From the NCBI GenBank assembly GCA_027858745.1, contig JAQICB010000151.1, forward strand, positions 10,925-74,924: 64,000 nt of DNA, written 5' to 3'. This DNA is from Bacteroidales bacterium. GTDB taxonomy: Bacteria > Bacteroidota > Bacteroidia > Bacteroidales > UBA1715. The position numbers and the translations under genes were made by a program. The notes beneath the pieces are model-generated. The model ran no database searches. It was not told where the DNA came from and saw nothing but the letters and a program-made list of their open reading frames with translations. Positions 1-9,019 of the stretch are shown one piece after another. Every line of letters begins with the position of its first letter. Position 1 is the first letter of the stretch.

Positions 1-219
1 AATATTCTCAATCTCTGTTGATGCTTTTGCTTCTTGTAGAGCCAATGTATTTATGAACATTAATGGATTAGGCAGTCTGTTTAAATTACCATTTACAGTT
101 GCTAAAGCTCTCGATGCCAGCACCAATCGCCTTAGAATAACTGGATTGTTTCCAATATCCTCATTAGGTGGTAATAATGGTAAATCATTGTAAGGTTTCT
201 GTCTATCAAAATTTTTCAT
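1..219 (-). CDS. Fic/DOC family protein, N-terminal fragment (continues past window start)
   Basis: Not in the ORF track because it runs off the window. A minus-strand ATG at 219-217 opens 73 codons to position 1: MKNFDRQKPYNDLPLLPPNEDIGNNPVILRRLVLASRALATVNGNLNRLPNPLMFINTLALQEAKASTEIENI. The pattern LPLLPP...L..A..AL..L.G....lPNP..li..L.LqEA..S.EIEnI is typical of the N-terminal domain of Fic-family proteins. Confidence 0.6.
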   Translation of the reverse strand, partial: MKNFDRQKPYNDLPLLPPNEDIGNNPVILRRLVLASRALATVNGNLNRLPNPLMFINTLALQEAKASTEIENI

Positions 220-638
220 TTCAGTGTCTGTTCATTATTTCACGTTTTGTGAACGTATCGCAAATGTATGTCCATTTTTTGATGCTACCACAATATTTGT
301 CCAATTATTATTAAATTCTGTACATTTCAAGCTTTAAGAAGAATAGAATGAACACCGACTAAACATATGTCCATTTATATGGCAATTATGAACACTCTTG
401 CAATCTGCCACAATAAAGCCTTGTAGAGACACTACTTTCCATTTCAGATAGAAGTTTTGTGTTTCTGACACACAAGATTCTCAGATTACTTATTGCCCTC
501 ACTGTTCAAACCATTTTCAAATCCTATGCAATTTTATACAATTACACCAGCCTCAACAAAAACGGCGTAAATAGTTGTTTTTATTGTAAAATAATAGAGT
601 TTTAAGGGCGTGTGGATTGTCTAAAAATGTGTGAATTG

Positions 639-710
639 TAGTCCCGCCTGGAATCGAACCAGGATCTATTGTTTAGGAAACAACTATTCTATCCGTTGAA
701 CTACGGGACC
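639..710 (-). tRNA. tRNA-Arg (anticodon CCT)
   Basis: Minus-strand cloverleaf. Acceptor GGTCCCG/CGGGACT (G1-U72). D arm GTTC-AACGGATA-GAAT. Anticodon stem GTTGT/ACAAT with loop TTCCTAA. T arm CCTGG-TTCGATT-CCAGG. No encoded CCA. Confidence 0.85.
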
Positions 711-751
711 AAATAATGAAAGAACAATTTTATGCTTTCATTATATATACA

Positions 752-1636
752 TTATACGGTTGCACTTTCAACCTTTACGCTTCTGTCTACTTTTTTAATC
801 AAACCTTGCAATACTTTTCCCGGACCAACTTCTGTAAATGAATCAAATCCGTCTTTAAGCATGTTTTGAGCAGTTTGTGTCCATTTTACCGGAGAAGTCA
901 ACTGATAAATAAGGTTTTGTTTTATCGTTTTTGTATCGGTATATGGTTTTGCATCAACATTTTGATATATCGGACACTGAGGTTCCGAAATAGCAGTTTC
1001 TGTGATAGCAGCTTCCAATTCTACCCGAGCAGGCTCCATGTAAGGAGAGTGAAATGCACCACCTACCGGCAATACAATAGCACGTTTTGCCCCCGCTTCT
1101 GTTAGTCGTGCACAGGCATTTTCTATGCCGGCTTTTGAACCTGAAATTACGAGCTGTCCCGGGCAGTTGTAATTTGCCGGTACCACAACACTTGCAATTT
1201 CACTACAAATATCTTCCACAACTTTATCTTCTAAACCTATAATTGCGGCCATTGTTGATGGCTCTAATTCACATGCTTTTTGCATTGCCAGAGCACGTTT
1301 TGACACTAATGTGAGACCATCTTCAAAAGATAAAGCTCCGGCAGCAACCAATGCGGAAAATTCGCCAAGTGAATGTCCGGCAACAGCTTCGGGTTTGAAT
1401 GAGTCTCCGAGAACACGAGCCAAAATTACTGAATGTAAGAAGATGGCCGGTTGTGTTACTTTTGTTTGTTTTAAATCTTCGTCAGTACCTTCAAACATAA
1501 GGTCGGTAATGCGAAATTGCAACACGTCATTTGCTTTTTCAAACAGTTCTTTTGCTAAGGGAGATGAATCATACAAGTCTTTCCCCATTCCAACAAATTG
1601 GGCTCCTTGTCCGGGAAATACATACGCTTTTTTCAT
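752..1636 (-). CDS. fabD: Malonyl CoA-acyl carrier protein transacylase
   Basis: 294 aa. FPGQGAQ N-terminus, active-site GHSLGE, AFHS motif, typical FabD length. Confidence 0.95.
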   Translation of the reverse strand: MKKAYVFPGQGAQFVGMGKDLYDSSPLAKELFEKANDVLQFRITDLMFEGTDEDLKQTKVTQPAIFLHSVILARVLGDSFKPEAVAGHSLGEFSALVAAGALSFEDGLTLVSKRALAMQKACELEPSTMAAIIGLEDKVVEDICSEIASVVVPANYNCPGQLVISGSKAGIENACARLTEAGAKRAIVLPVGGAFHSPYMEPARVELEAAITETAISEPQCPIYQNVDAKPYTDTKTIKQNLIYQLTSPVKWTQTAQNMLKDGFDSFTEVGPGKVLQGLIKKVDRSVKVESATV

Positions 1637-1672
1637 ATTTGTTAATTTATAATTATATACACTGTTTATTTA

Positions 1673-2323
1673 TTAATGAAAATTTGAACTTACCAAATGA
1701 ACAAATTCCTCGCGGGTTTCTTTTTTGGTAAACGCACCGGTAAATGCCGATGTTGTTGTGGTAGAATTTTGTTTTTGAACGCCCCGCATTTGCATACATA
1801 AATGCTGTGCTTCAATAATTACCGCAACCCCAAGCGGATTCAAGGTCTTTTGAATACAGTCTCGAATGTCGACGGTGAGCCGTTCTTGAACTTGTAGACG
1901 ACGGGCAAAAGCTTCTACCACACGTGCAATTTTACTGAGACCTGTAATATAGCCGTTTGGAATATACGCAACATGAGCTTTCCCAATAAAGGGCAACATA
2001 TGATGTTCGCAGAGAGAATATATTTCAATATCTTTCACAATCACCATTTGTTTATACTCTTCCTTAAACATTGCCGAATGGAGTATTTCTTCCGGTTTTA
2101 CTGCATATCCCTGCGTTAAAAACAGCATCGCTTTCGCAATACGTTCGGGTGTTTTAAGTAATCCTTCCCGATCAGGATCTTCTCCCAATTCAGAAAGTGC
2201 AGATTTATATAATGCAGATAATTTTTCTACGGCATCATCTTTATACCGGTCTACTCGAAGATAGTTGTAATCGTCATCTTCACTAAGTCCTTGAGCTAAT
2301 ATTTCCATACTTTTATAATACAA
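1673..2323 (-). CDS. folE: GTP cyclohydrolase I
   Basis: 216 aa. CEHHMLPF zinc-site motif and QVQERLT motif characteristic of FolE type I. Confidence 0.95.
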   Translation of the reverse strand: MYYKSMEILAQGLSEDDDYNYLRVDRYKDDAVEKLSALYKSALSELGEDPDREGLLKTPERIAKAMLFLTQGYAVKPEEILHSAMFKEEYKQMVIVKDIEIYSLCEHHMLPFIGKAHVAYIPNGYITGLSKIARVVEAFARRLQVQERLTVDIRDCIQKTLNPLGVAVIIEAQHLCMQMRGVQKQNSTTTTSAFTGAFTKKETREEFVHLVSSNFH

Positions 2324-2377
2324 GTTTGCACAAAAATAATTAAGATATTTAATAATGCCGAATTTTTTTACATTATA

Positions 2378-2557
2378 AACATGAGTTCGACGTAATTTTT
2401 CGAGTTCAGATTAGCTCCGCTGAGCTCGTCCTTTGTCCTCGGTTGATATAAAAAAGCTGTTTATCAAGGCAAATTATTGAATAATAGCGAGCTATTGTGA
2501 AATAATTTAACGCAGTAAAACTGTTTTTTTATGCAAAGCATACTTTTTCCGCTTATA
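2378..2557 (+). repeat. Modular intergenic repeat, copy 1 (modules A-B-C-D)
   Basis: The stretch gagttcgacgtaatttttcgagttcagattagctccgctgagctcgtcctttgtcctcggttgatataaaaaagctgttt is identical to 19431-19510. It also recurs inverted at 13596-13732 with 2 substitutions. Lies in the folE/ompA-like divergent intergenic region. Confidence 0.85.
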
Positions 2558-2649
2558 TATGTGAAATGTTAGTATCTTTTTGAAAATTGCTTTTTTTCTA
2601 TATAAAAAAAACTGCGATTCACAGTACATTTGTAAAAAACTAAAGCAAT

Positions 2650-3645
2650 ATGAAACGGATTATTTTTATTTTTATAGCAGCTCTTGTATTAAGTTCTTGT
2701 GTTTCACAAAAGAAATTTCAAACTCTTCAAGACAGTAGTCAATTAACGCAAGACTCCTTGCGAACAGCACTCGGGCATATTCAAAAAGAAATTTTTGATT
2801 TGCAACAACGTAACGACCGTCTCAATAAAGATTTGTTGACATTACGTGCTGATACCACTTCTAAAAATAGACAGATTCAAAACCTTCTTTTGCAGGTACA
2901 AGATTTAGAGGAGCTTAACAATAATTTGGTAACTAAGCAATCTCGTTTGATGCAACAAAATGCTCAAGAAAGTAGAAAAATTCTCGAAGAAATTCAATTT
3001 GCACGGCGTAATTTGCAAAAGCAACAAGATGCTTTAGATTCTGTTCGTATTCAATTGGATGAAGAACGAAAAAATCTTGATTTAATTCGCAATGAATTGG
3101 GAATTAAAAATGATGAGATTTTAACTAAAAATAAAAAAATTGCGGAAATGGAGGAAATGATTCGTCGTAAAGATTCTATTTCTAATGCTTTGCGTATGAA
3201 GGTGAAACAAGCTCTTGTCGGTTTCGAAGGGCAAGGTCTTTCCATAGAAGAACGAAATGGTAAAATATATGTCTTACTTGACGAAGCTCTCTTGTTTAAT
3301 GTAGGAAAAAGTGATGTGGCTTCTAAAGGACAAGAAGCTTTACGAAAATTAGCCGAAGTGTTGGCCCAAAATCCGGATATTGACATTATGGTTGAAGGAC
3401 ATACCGATAATACCGGCGGTTCGAAACGTAACTGGGAATTGAGTGCCGAACGCGCACTTGCTATTTCGCAAATATTATTGCAAAATACCTCTATTGAAGG
3501 TTCCCGAATTACTGTGGCCGGACGAGGACAATATATGCCCGTTGATACAGCCAATACCTCTGAGGCTCGTTCAAAAAACAGAAGAAGCGAAATAATTCTC
3601 ACTCCCGATTTGGAAGAATTGTACAATTTGATTCACGAAAATTAA
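2650..3645 (+). CDS. OmpA-family lipoprotein with long coiled-coil
   Basis: 331 aa. Lipobox LVLSSC. Q/L/E/K-rich coiled-coil from about aa 30-190. C-terminal OmpA/MotB peptidoglycan-binding domain (GHTDNTG, NWELSAERA, NRRSEI). Confidence 0.85.
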   Translation: MKRIIFIFIAALVLSSCVSQKKFQTLQDSSQLTQDSLRTALGHIQKEIFDLQQRNDRLNKDLLTLRADTTSKNRQIQNLLLQVQDLEELNNNLVTKQSRLMQQNAQESRKILEEIQFARRNLQKQQDALDSVRIQLDEERKNLDLIRNELGIKNDEILTKNKKIAEMEEMIRRKDSISNALRMKVKQALVGFEGQGLSIEERNGKIYVLLDEALLFNVGKSDVASKGQEALRKLAEVLAQNPDIDIMVEGHTDNTGGSKRNWELSAERALAISQILLQNTSIEGSRITVAGRGQYMPVDTANTSEARSKNRRSEIILTPDLEELYNLIHEN

Positions 3646-3740
3646 TCTGTTTTCGGGTATTGCATTCTTTTCGAATACTACCCTAAATGATTTATATTTC
3701 TGTGTCGTAGAGTTGTGACATGGTGTGTCTGCATATTTCA

Positions 3741-3774
3741 ATCTGAACTCGAAAAATTACGTCGAACTCAGGTT
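3741..3774 (-). repeat. Modular intergenic repeat, copy 2 (module A only, inverted)
   Basis: atctgaactcgaaaaattacgtcgaactcaggtt is the exact reverse complement of module A as seen at 13699-13732 and 19426-19459 (1-2 mismatches). It abuts the polA stop codon. Confidence 0.75.
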
Positions 3775-6560
3775 TAATGTGCTTCCAACCAATTTGCCCC
3801 AACTCCCATTTCAATTGATAACGGAACTGATAATTTTATCACGTTTTGCATACCATCTTTAATGATTTTTTTCATGCTTTCGAGTTCGTCGTGTGTAACA
3901 TCAAAATTTAACTCATCATGAACTTGCATTATAAGTTTGCTCTGCATATTTTGTTCACGCATTGTACGATAAATATCAATCATGGCTTTTTTCATAATAT
4001 CGGCAGCAGTTCCTTGTATTGGAGCATTTATGGCATTTCGTTCGGCAAAACCACGAACAGTTGCATTCTGTGAATGAATATCAGGCAAATATCGACGACG
4101 TCCAAACATTGTTTCAACATATCCGCGTTCTTGTGCTTTTCGGATTTGCGTATCCATAAATTCTTTCACCTTCGGATAACTTTCAAAATAACTGTCAATT
4201 AACGCTTGGGCTTCTTTTCGAGGAATCGACAAGGTTTGCGATAAACCAAATGCAGTTGTTCCATATGCTATCGCAAAATTAGCCGATTTAGCCTGACGGC
4301 GTTGTTCTGAACTTACCTCTTCGGGTGAAACTTTGAAAATTTTTGCTGCGGTGGCTGTATGAATATCTTCTTCATTGGTAAACGCTTCAATAAAATGAGG
4401 GTCGCCACTCATGTGAGCTATAACGCGCAATTCAATTTGAGAATAATCAGCAGACACAAATACATGCTCAGAATCTGAGGGTACAAAAGCTTTTCGAATT
4501 TCACGACCTTTTTCTGTTTTAATCGGAATGTTTTGCAAATTCGGATTTGTTGAACTGAGTCGTCCGGTTGCTACAATTGCTTGATTAAAAGATGTATGTA
4601 TTTTATGTGTTTTCGGGTGAACTAATTTTGGGAGTGCATCGACATAGGTAGTTACCAATTTTTTAAGTTCACGATAATCTAAAATTAATTCTACTATCGG
4701 ATGGGTGTCAATCAGTTTTTGTAAGACGTCCTCCCCGGTGGCATATTGTTTTGTTTTGGTTTTTTTTGCTTTCTCAACAATTACCATTTTATCAAACAAA
4801 ATAGTTCCTAATTGTTTGGGTGAATCGATATTGAATTCTTCTCCTGCGTGGTCAAAAATCTGTTGTTGAATTTCTAAAATTGCTTCTTTGAGAGATGAAG
4901 AGAGTGTGTGTAATGCCTCGCTGTCAATCGACACGCCGATTCGTTCCATGTCAGACAAGACCGGAACAAGGGGTACTTCAATATTTTTGAACAAATCTAA
5001 CTGATTTTTTTCTTTCAATTCCTTATGCAAAATAGAATAAAGTTGGAAAGTGATATCAGCATCTTCGCAGGCGTATTCTTTTGCTAATTCAATGGGAACC
5101 GTGCGAAATGAAGCTTGTGCCACGCCCTTCTTTCCAATTAGTTCCTCAATATGCACCATTTCATATTCTAAATATTGTTGCGCAAGAGAATCTAACTTAT
5201 GTCGTCCGTCGGGTTGTATAATATAATGAGCCAGCAAGGTGTCGAACAATGTGCCCGAAACCTGAATTCCGTAATTCGCTAACACCGATATGTCATATTT
5301 TACATTTTGCCCTATTTTACAAGCTTTGGACGAAAATACCGGCTGAAGAGAGTCTGCAACTTTTTGTGCCTCGTCTTGATTTTCGGGAAACGGCACATAA
5401 TATGCTTTGTGAGCTTCCCAACTAAACGAAATGCCACACAATTCCGCATCAATTATTGATAAAGAGGTGGTTTCTGTATCAAAACAAAAAGCATCGAGTT
5501 GCGACAATTTTTGGACTAAATCTTTTAATAAAGAGGGTGTGTCAACCAAATAGTAACTGTGAGGTGTGTCTTTAATTCTTTTGTATAAAGATTGAAATTC
5601 TCCCTGAATACTATCGTTGTTACCAAATAAATCTAACTGTTGAGTGTGTGCCGCTTGCTGCTTTTTTTGTGGGGTCGGTTCAACCGGAGCAAATAGTCGC
5701 TGGGCAATATTATTAAACTCAAGTTCTTTAAATTTTTCTAAAAGAATTCCTTGATTATATTCTTCTCGGCTAAAATTATAACTCGAAAATGTAATAGGAA
5801 CATTTACATCAATGGTAACAAGTTTTTTAGATAAAAGGACTTGTTCTTTATGTTCTATCAATTTTTCTTTTTGCTTACCAGTAAGATCATCGATATGTTC
5901 GTACAGACCTTCGATGGAACCGTATTCTGAAATTAATTTTTTTGAGGTTTTTTCGCCAATACCGGGAGCTCCGGGAACGTTATCTGAGCTATCGCCCCAC
6001 AATCCTAAAATGTCAATAACCTGTTCTGTGTTTTCAACACCGAATTTTTCTAAAACTTCGGGAATACCCAAAATTTCGATGCCTTTTCCAAAACTTCGGG
6101 GACGATACATGTAAATATGTTCATCAACAAGCTGGCAATAGTCTTTGTCGGGAGTAGCCATATACACGGTGAAGCCCTCTTGAGCTGCTTGTTTTGCCAA
6201 TGTTCCAATTACATCATCAGCTTCGAACCCCTCTACTTGAATAACCGGAATATTAAAACCTTGAATAATCTCAATTAAATGAGGAATTGAAGCTTTTAAG
6301 TCTTCGGGCGTTTCTTGCCGATTTGCCTTATATTCAGCATACATATCGTTTCTGAATGTAGGTCCCTGTGGGTCAAATACAACACCAATGTGACTTGGAT
6401 TCTGAATGCGCAACAATTCCAACAGTGTATTTGTGAATCCAAAAATTCCCGAAGTGTTCACTCCGGTAGCACTAATTCGTGGGTTTTTTATAAAAGCAAA
6501 ATATGAACGGTACAGCATTGCATGACCGTCTATTAAAAATATTTTTTTTTCTTCAGACAT
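3774..6560 (-). CDS. polA: DNA polymerase I
   Basis: 5'-3' exonuclease N-terminus (LIDGHAMLYRSYFA), 3'-5' exonuclease domain and family A polymerase motifs (DYSQIELR, QVHDEL). ATG at 6560 (MSEEKKIFLIDG) is preferred over the ORF-track start at 6587. Confidence 0.95.
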   Translation of the reverse strand: MSEEKKIFLIDGHAMLYRSYFAFIKNPRISATGVNTSGIFGFTNTLLELLRIQNPSHIGVVFDPQGPTFRNDMYAEYKANRQETPEDLKASIPHLIEIIQGFNIPVIQVEGFEADDVIGTLAKQAAQEGFTVYMATPDKDYCQLVDEHIYMYRPRSFGKGIEILGIPEVLEKFGVENTEQVIDILGLWGDSSDNVPGAPGIGEKTSKKLISEYGSIEGLYEHIDDLTGKQKEKLIEHKEQVLLSKKLVTIDVNVPITFSSYNFSREEYNQGILLEKFKELEFNNIAQRLFAPVEPTPQKKQQAAHTQQLDLFGNNDSIQGEFQSLYKRIKDTPHSYYLVDTPSLLKDLVQKLSQLDAFCFDTETTSLSIIDAELCGISFSWEAHKAYYVPFPENQDEAQKVADSLQPVFSSKACKIGQNVKYDISVLANYGIQVSGTLFDTLLAHYIIQPDGRHKLDSLAQQYLEYEMVHIEELIGKKGVAQASFRTVPIELAKEYACEDADITFQLYSILHKELKEKNQLDLFKNIEVPLVPVLSDMERIGVSIDSEALHTLSSSLKEAILEIQQQIFDHAGEEFNIDSPKQLGTILFDKMVIVEKAKKTKTKQYATGEDVLQKLIDTHPIVELILDYRELKKLVTTYVDALPKLVHPKTHKIHTSFNQAIVATGRLSSTNPNLQNIPIKTEKGREIRKAFVPSDSEHVFVSADYSQIELRVIAHMSGDPHFIEAFTNEEDIHTATAAKIFKVSPEEVSSEQRRQAKSANFAIAYGTTAFGLSQTLSIPRKEAQALIDSYFESYPKVKEFMDTQIRKAQERGYVETMFGRRRYLPDIHSQNATVRGFAERNAINAPIQGTAADIMKKAMIDIYRTMREQNMQSKLIMQVHDELNFDVTHDELESMKKIIKDGMQNVIKLSVPLSIEMGVGANWLEAH

Positions 6561-6673
6561 AGAGTTTCGTTTTTTACAAAGATACATTTTTCTTCACTAA
6601 ATAATGAGACTCCATTCAAGCTAATTTCCTTCCTCTTTGAGATTACCAGTAAATATTAAGTGTATTGAAATAT

Positions 6674-6737
6674 TTTTTCGAGTTCAGATTAGCTCCGCTG
6701 AGCTCGTCCTTTGTCCTCGGTTGATATAAAAAGCTGT
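6674..6737 (+). repeat. Modular intergenic repeat, copy 3 (3' half of A plus B)
   Basis: tttttcgagttcagattagctccgctgagctcgtcctttgtcctcggttgatataaaaagctgt is near-identical to the copy 1 and copy 6 core. Lies in the polA/sugar-transferase divergent intergenic region. Confidence 0.8.
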
Positions 6738-6859
6738 ATTCACAGGACGTGAGTTGTAAAAATTGTTCATTTTTATATGAAAAATTATTCAGTATAGTTA
6801 TTTTTCGATTTTAAACTGATTTTTTTTTTAACTTTGTGTTTTCTGTATACAAACAAAAA

Positions 6860-8257
6860 ATGAAAAATCGGAGATATTCAAATTACATAAAACCTTTATT
6901 TGTAATAAGTGACATAATATGTATTTTCATTGCATATGTGTCTTCCTATTTCTTTCGATTTAACTCAATTCTCGATTTATATACTAGTGTGCAAGAACAG
7001 GTATTGTTTGTGTTTTCAATAATTTTTTGGGTGTTTTTGGCTAAAAAATATAATGCATATCAACTGATTCGTATTTCAGTTAAATTAAATATTATCACTC
7101 GAACCATAAAGTTGATATTATTCCATGCATTGTTACTATTTGCCTTGCTGATTATATTAAAATACGATCAATTTTCTCGATTACAATTAGCGTATTTTTA
7201 TCTTAATCTTTTTGTGTTATTACTTTCTTCTCGCATTCTCAGTGTTTTATTGTTAGAACATATGCGAGCCAGCGGTGTTAATTATCGTACGGTGGCGATT
7301 GTTGGGATGAATACTGCCGGACGTGCAATATATTCGTATCTGCAAAAAGATTTATCGCTCGGGTATAAAATTATCGGTTATTTTGATGACAATTCTCATG
7401 ATGATATTCAAATTCCTGTATTAGGGAAATTGGAAGATGTTGCTTCGTATATTCGTGAACATAATATAGACGAATTATACATTTCGTCGCTTGAATATGA
7501 TTCGCAGAGTATTAAACAAATAATTGAAGAATGTGAAACTCGTTTAACTCGCATAAAAATCATTCCGGCTTTTCAGAAATACACCTTAAATCGTCGGGTT
7601 AATGTTGATTTTTATGGAAATATTCCGGTTATTTTTTTGCGAAAAGAACCTTTGGAAAATAGCATTAATCGATTTATTAAACGAGTGTTTGATGTGCTTT
7701 TTTCGCTTCTGTTTTTCGTATGCATTGCTCCGTGGCTATTTCCTATTCTTATTGTCTTCGTCAAAATAAGTTCACGAGGATCGGTGTTTTTTGTGCAACA
7801 ACGCTCGGGAGAAAACAATAAGCCATTTAAGTGTTATAAGTTTCGAACTATGCAAGTTAATGAAACTGCAGATGTTGAGCAAGCCACAAAAAATGATGTG
7901 CGTATTACCAAAATAGGGAAATGTTTGCGAAAACTTAATTTAGATGAATTGCCGCAATTTTATAATGTCTTGCGTGGAGATATGTCGGTTGTGGGGCCGC
8001 GTCCGCATATGTTGAAGCATACAGAGCAATATTCTGCACGGATAAAGAATTATTTGGTTCGTCATTTTATTAAACCCGGACTCACGGGTTGGGCTCAGGT
8101 TAACGGCTATCGTGGCGAAATCAAAACCGATGAGGCTATGCAAAATAGAGTAGAACATGATATTTGGTATATCGAAAATTGGTCTTTTGGCTTAGATGCA
8201 CGCATTGTTATTAAAACAATAGTTAATGTGTTTAAGGGAGATGAGAACGCTGCCTAA
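6860..8257 (+). CDS. Polyprenyl-phosphate sugar-1-phosphate transferase (WbaP/EpsB-type initiating transferase)
   Basis: N-terminal TM helices, a central Rossmann-like linker and a C-terminal bacterial sugar transferase domain (KRVFD, DELPQFYNVLRGDMSVVGPRP, GLTGWAQVNG). ATG at 6860 is preferred over GTG at 6836. Confidence 0.85.
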   Translation: MKNRRYSNYIKPLFVISDIICIFIAYVSSYFFRFNSILDLYTSVQEQVLFVFSIIFWVFLAKKYNAYQLIRISVKLNIITRTIKLILFHALLLFALLIILKYDQFSRLQLAYFYLNLFVLLLSSRILSVLLLEHMRASGVNYRTVAIVGMNTAGRAIYSYLQKDLSLGYKIIGYFDDNSHDDIQIPVLGKLEDVASYIREHNIDELYISSLEYDSQSIKQIIEECETRLTRIKIIPAFQKYTLNRRVNVDFYGNIPVIFLRKEPLENSINRFIKRVFDVLFSLLFFVCIAPWLFPILIVFVKISSRGSVFFVQQRSGENNKPFKCYKFRTMQVNETADVEQATKNDVRITKIGKCLRKLNLDELPQFYNVLRGDMSVVGPRPHMLKHTEQYSARIKNYLVRHFIKPGLTGWAQVNGYRGEIKTDEAMQNRVEHDIWYIENWSFGLDARIVIKTIVNVFKGDENAA

Positions 8258-8264
8258 ACTTTCG

Positions 8265-8322
8265 ATTGAACCTCACTATTTATAAGCGTTCTGAACCTAA
8301 AAAATTATATCGAACTGAGGTT
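8265..8322 (-). repeat. Diverged repeat, copy 4 (module E plus diverged module A')
   Basis: 58 bp with 54/58 identity to 19601-19658. Its 3' part, ctgaacctaaaaaattatatcgaactgaggtt, is a diverged inverted module A. Confidence 0.65.
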
Positions 8323-8429
8323 ATTATTTAACCTCTAACCGAGTTTTGAAAAATATCGACATCTCTTTTTTCTAAAAGTCAATTTAAAATCAATCTTAAT
8401 GCATTAACGCAGTAAGCCTTATTTTTTAA

Positions 8430-9017
8430 TTATTCACTAAGCTGAATAATTTCTTGTTTTTCGGTATCTAAGACATATGTGTGATTGCTTTCGGGACATG
8501 TGGCTTTGTTGTGTTCGTCGAAATGAAGTGTGTGTCCGTATTCACTTACCCAACCGATTTGTTTGCCGGGATTTCCAACAATTAATGCATATGGTTTAAT
8601 GTTTTTGGTGACAACAGATCCGGCTCCTATAAGTGCATATGAGCCAATTGTAATGCCGCACACAATAGTTGCATTTGCACCAATACTTGCACCTTTTTTA
8701 ACAATTGTTTCTACATATTCTGATTTCCGTACAATGGCACTGCGTGGGTTCAAAATATTGGTGAATACCATCGATGGTCCTAAAAACACATCGTTTTCGC
8801 ACACCACTCCGGTGTAGATTGAAACATTGTTTTGTACTTTCACATTGTTTCCTAATGTTACCTGCGGCGAAACAACCACATTTTGTCCAATATTACAGTT
8901 CTCACCAATAGTGCAGTGAGACATTATATGAGAAAAATGCCAAATTTTTGTATTGATGCCAATACCACAATCCTTATCAATAATGGCTGTTTCGTGTGCA
9001 AAAAAATTAGTATTCAT
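8430..9017 (-). CDS. Left-handed beta-helix N-acetyltransferase (WbpD/WlbB-like amino-sugar acetyltransferase)
   Basis: 195 aa of hexapeptide repeats. The FAHETAIID start, WHFSHI and GPSMVFTN..NPRS pattern, and the QIGWVSEYG tail match my recollection of WbpD/WlbB. It sits next to a DegT-family aminotransferase. Confidence 0.75.
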   Translation of the reverse strand: MNTNFFAHETAIIDKDCGIGINTKIWHFSHIMSHCTIGENCNIGQNVVVSPQVTLGNNVKVQNNVSIYTGVVCENDVFLGPSMVFTNILNPRSAIVRKSEYVETIVKKGASIGANATIVCGITIGSYALIGAGSVVTKNIKPYALIVGNPGKQIGWVSEYGHTLHFDEHNKATCPESNHTYVLDTEKQEIIQLSE

Positions 9018-9019
9018 AA

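Noticed and set aside
1311-1652. 113-aa plus-strand ORF (with neighbours 866-1105 and 1531-1731) over fabD
   Set aside because: It is antisense to the well-supported fabD frame and has no motifs.
3051-3626. 191-aa minus-strand ORF inside the OmpA-family gene
   Set aside because: It is fully antisense to a gene with clear OmpA motifs and has low-complexity S/R/F-rich content. It is a shadow ORF typical of AT-rich genomes.
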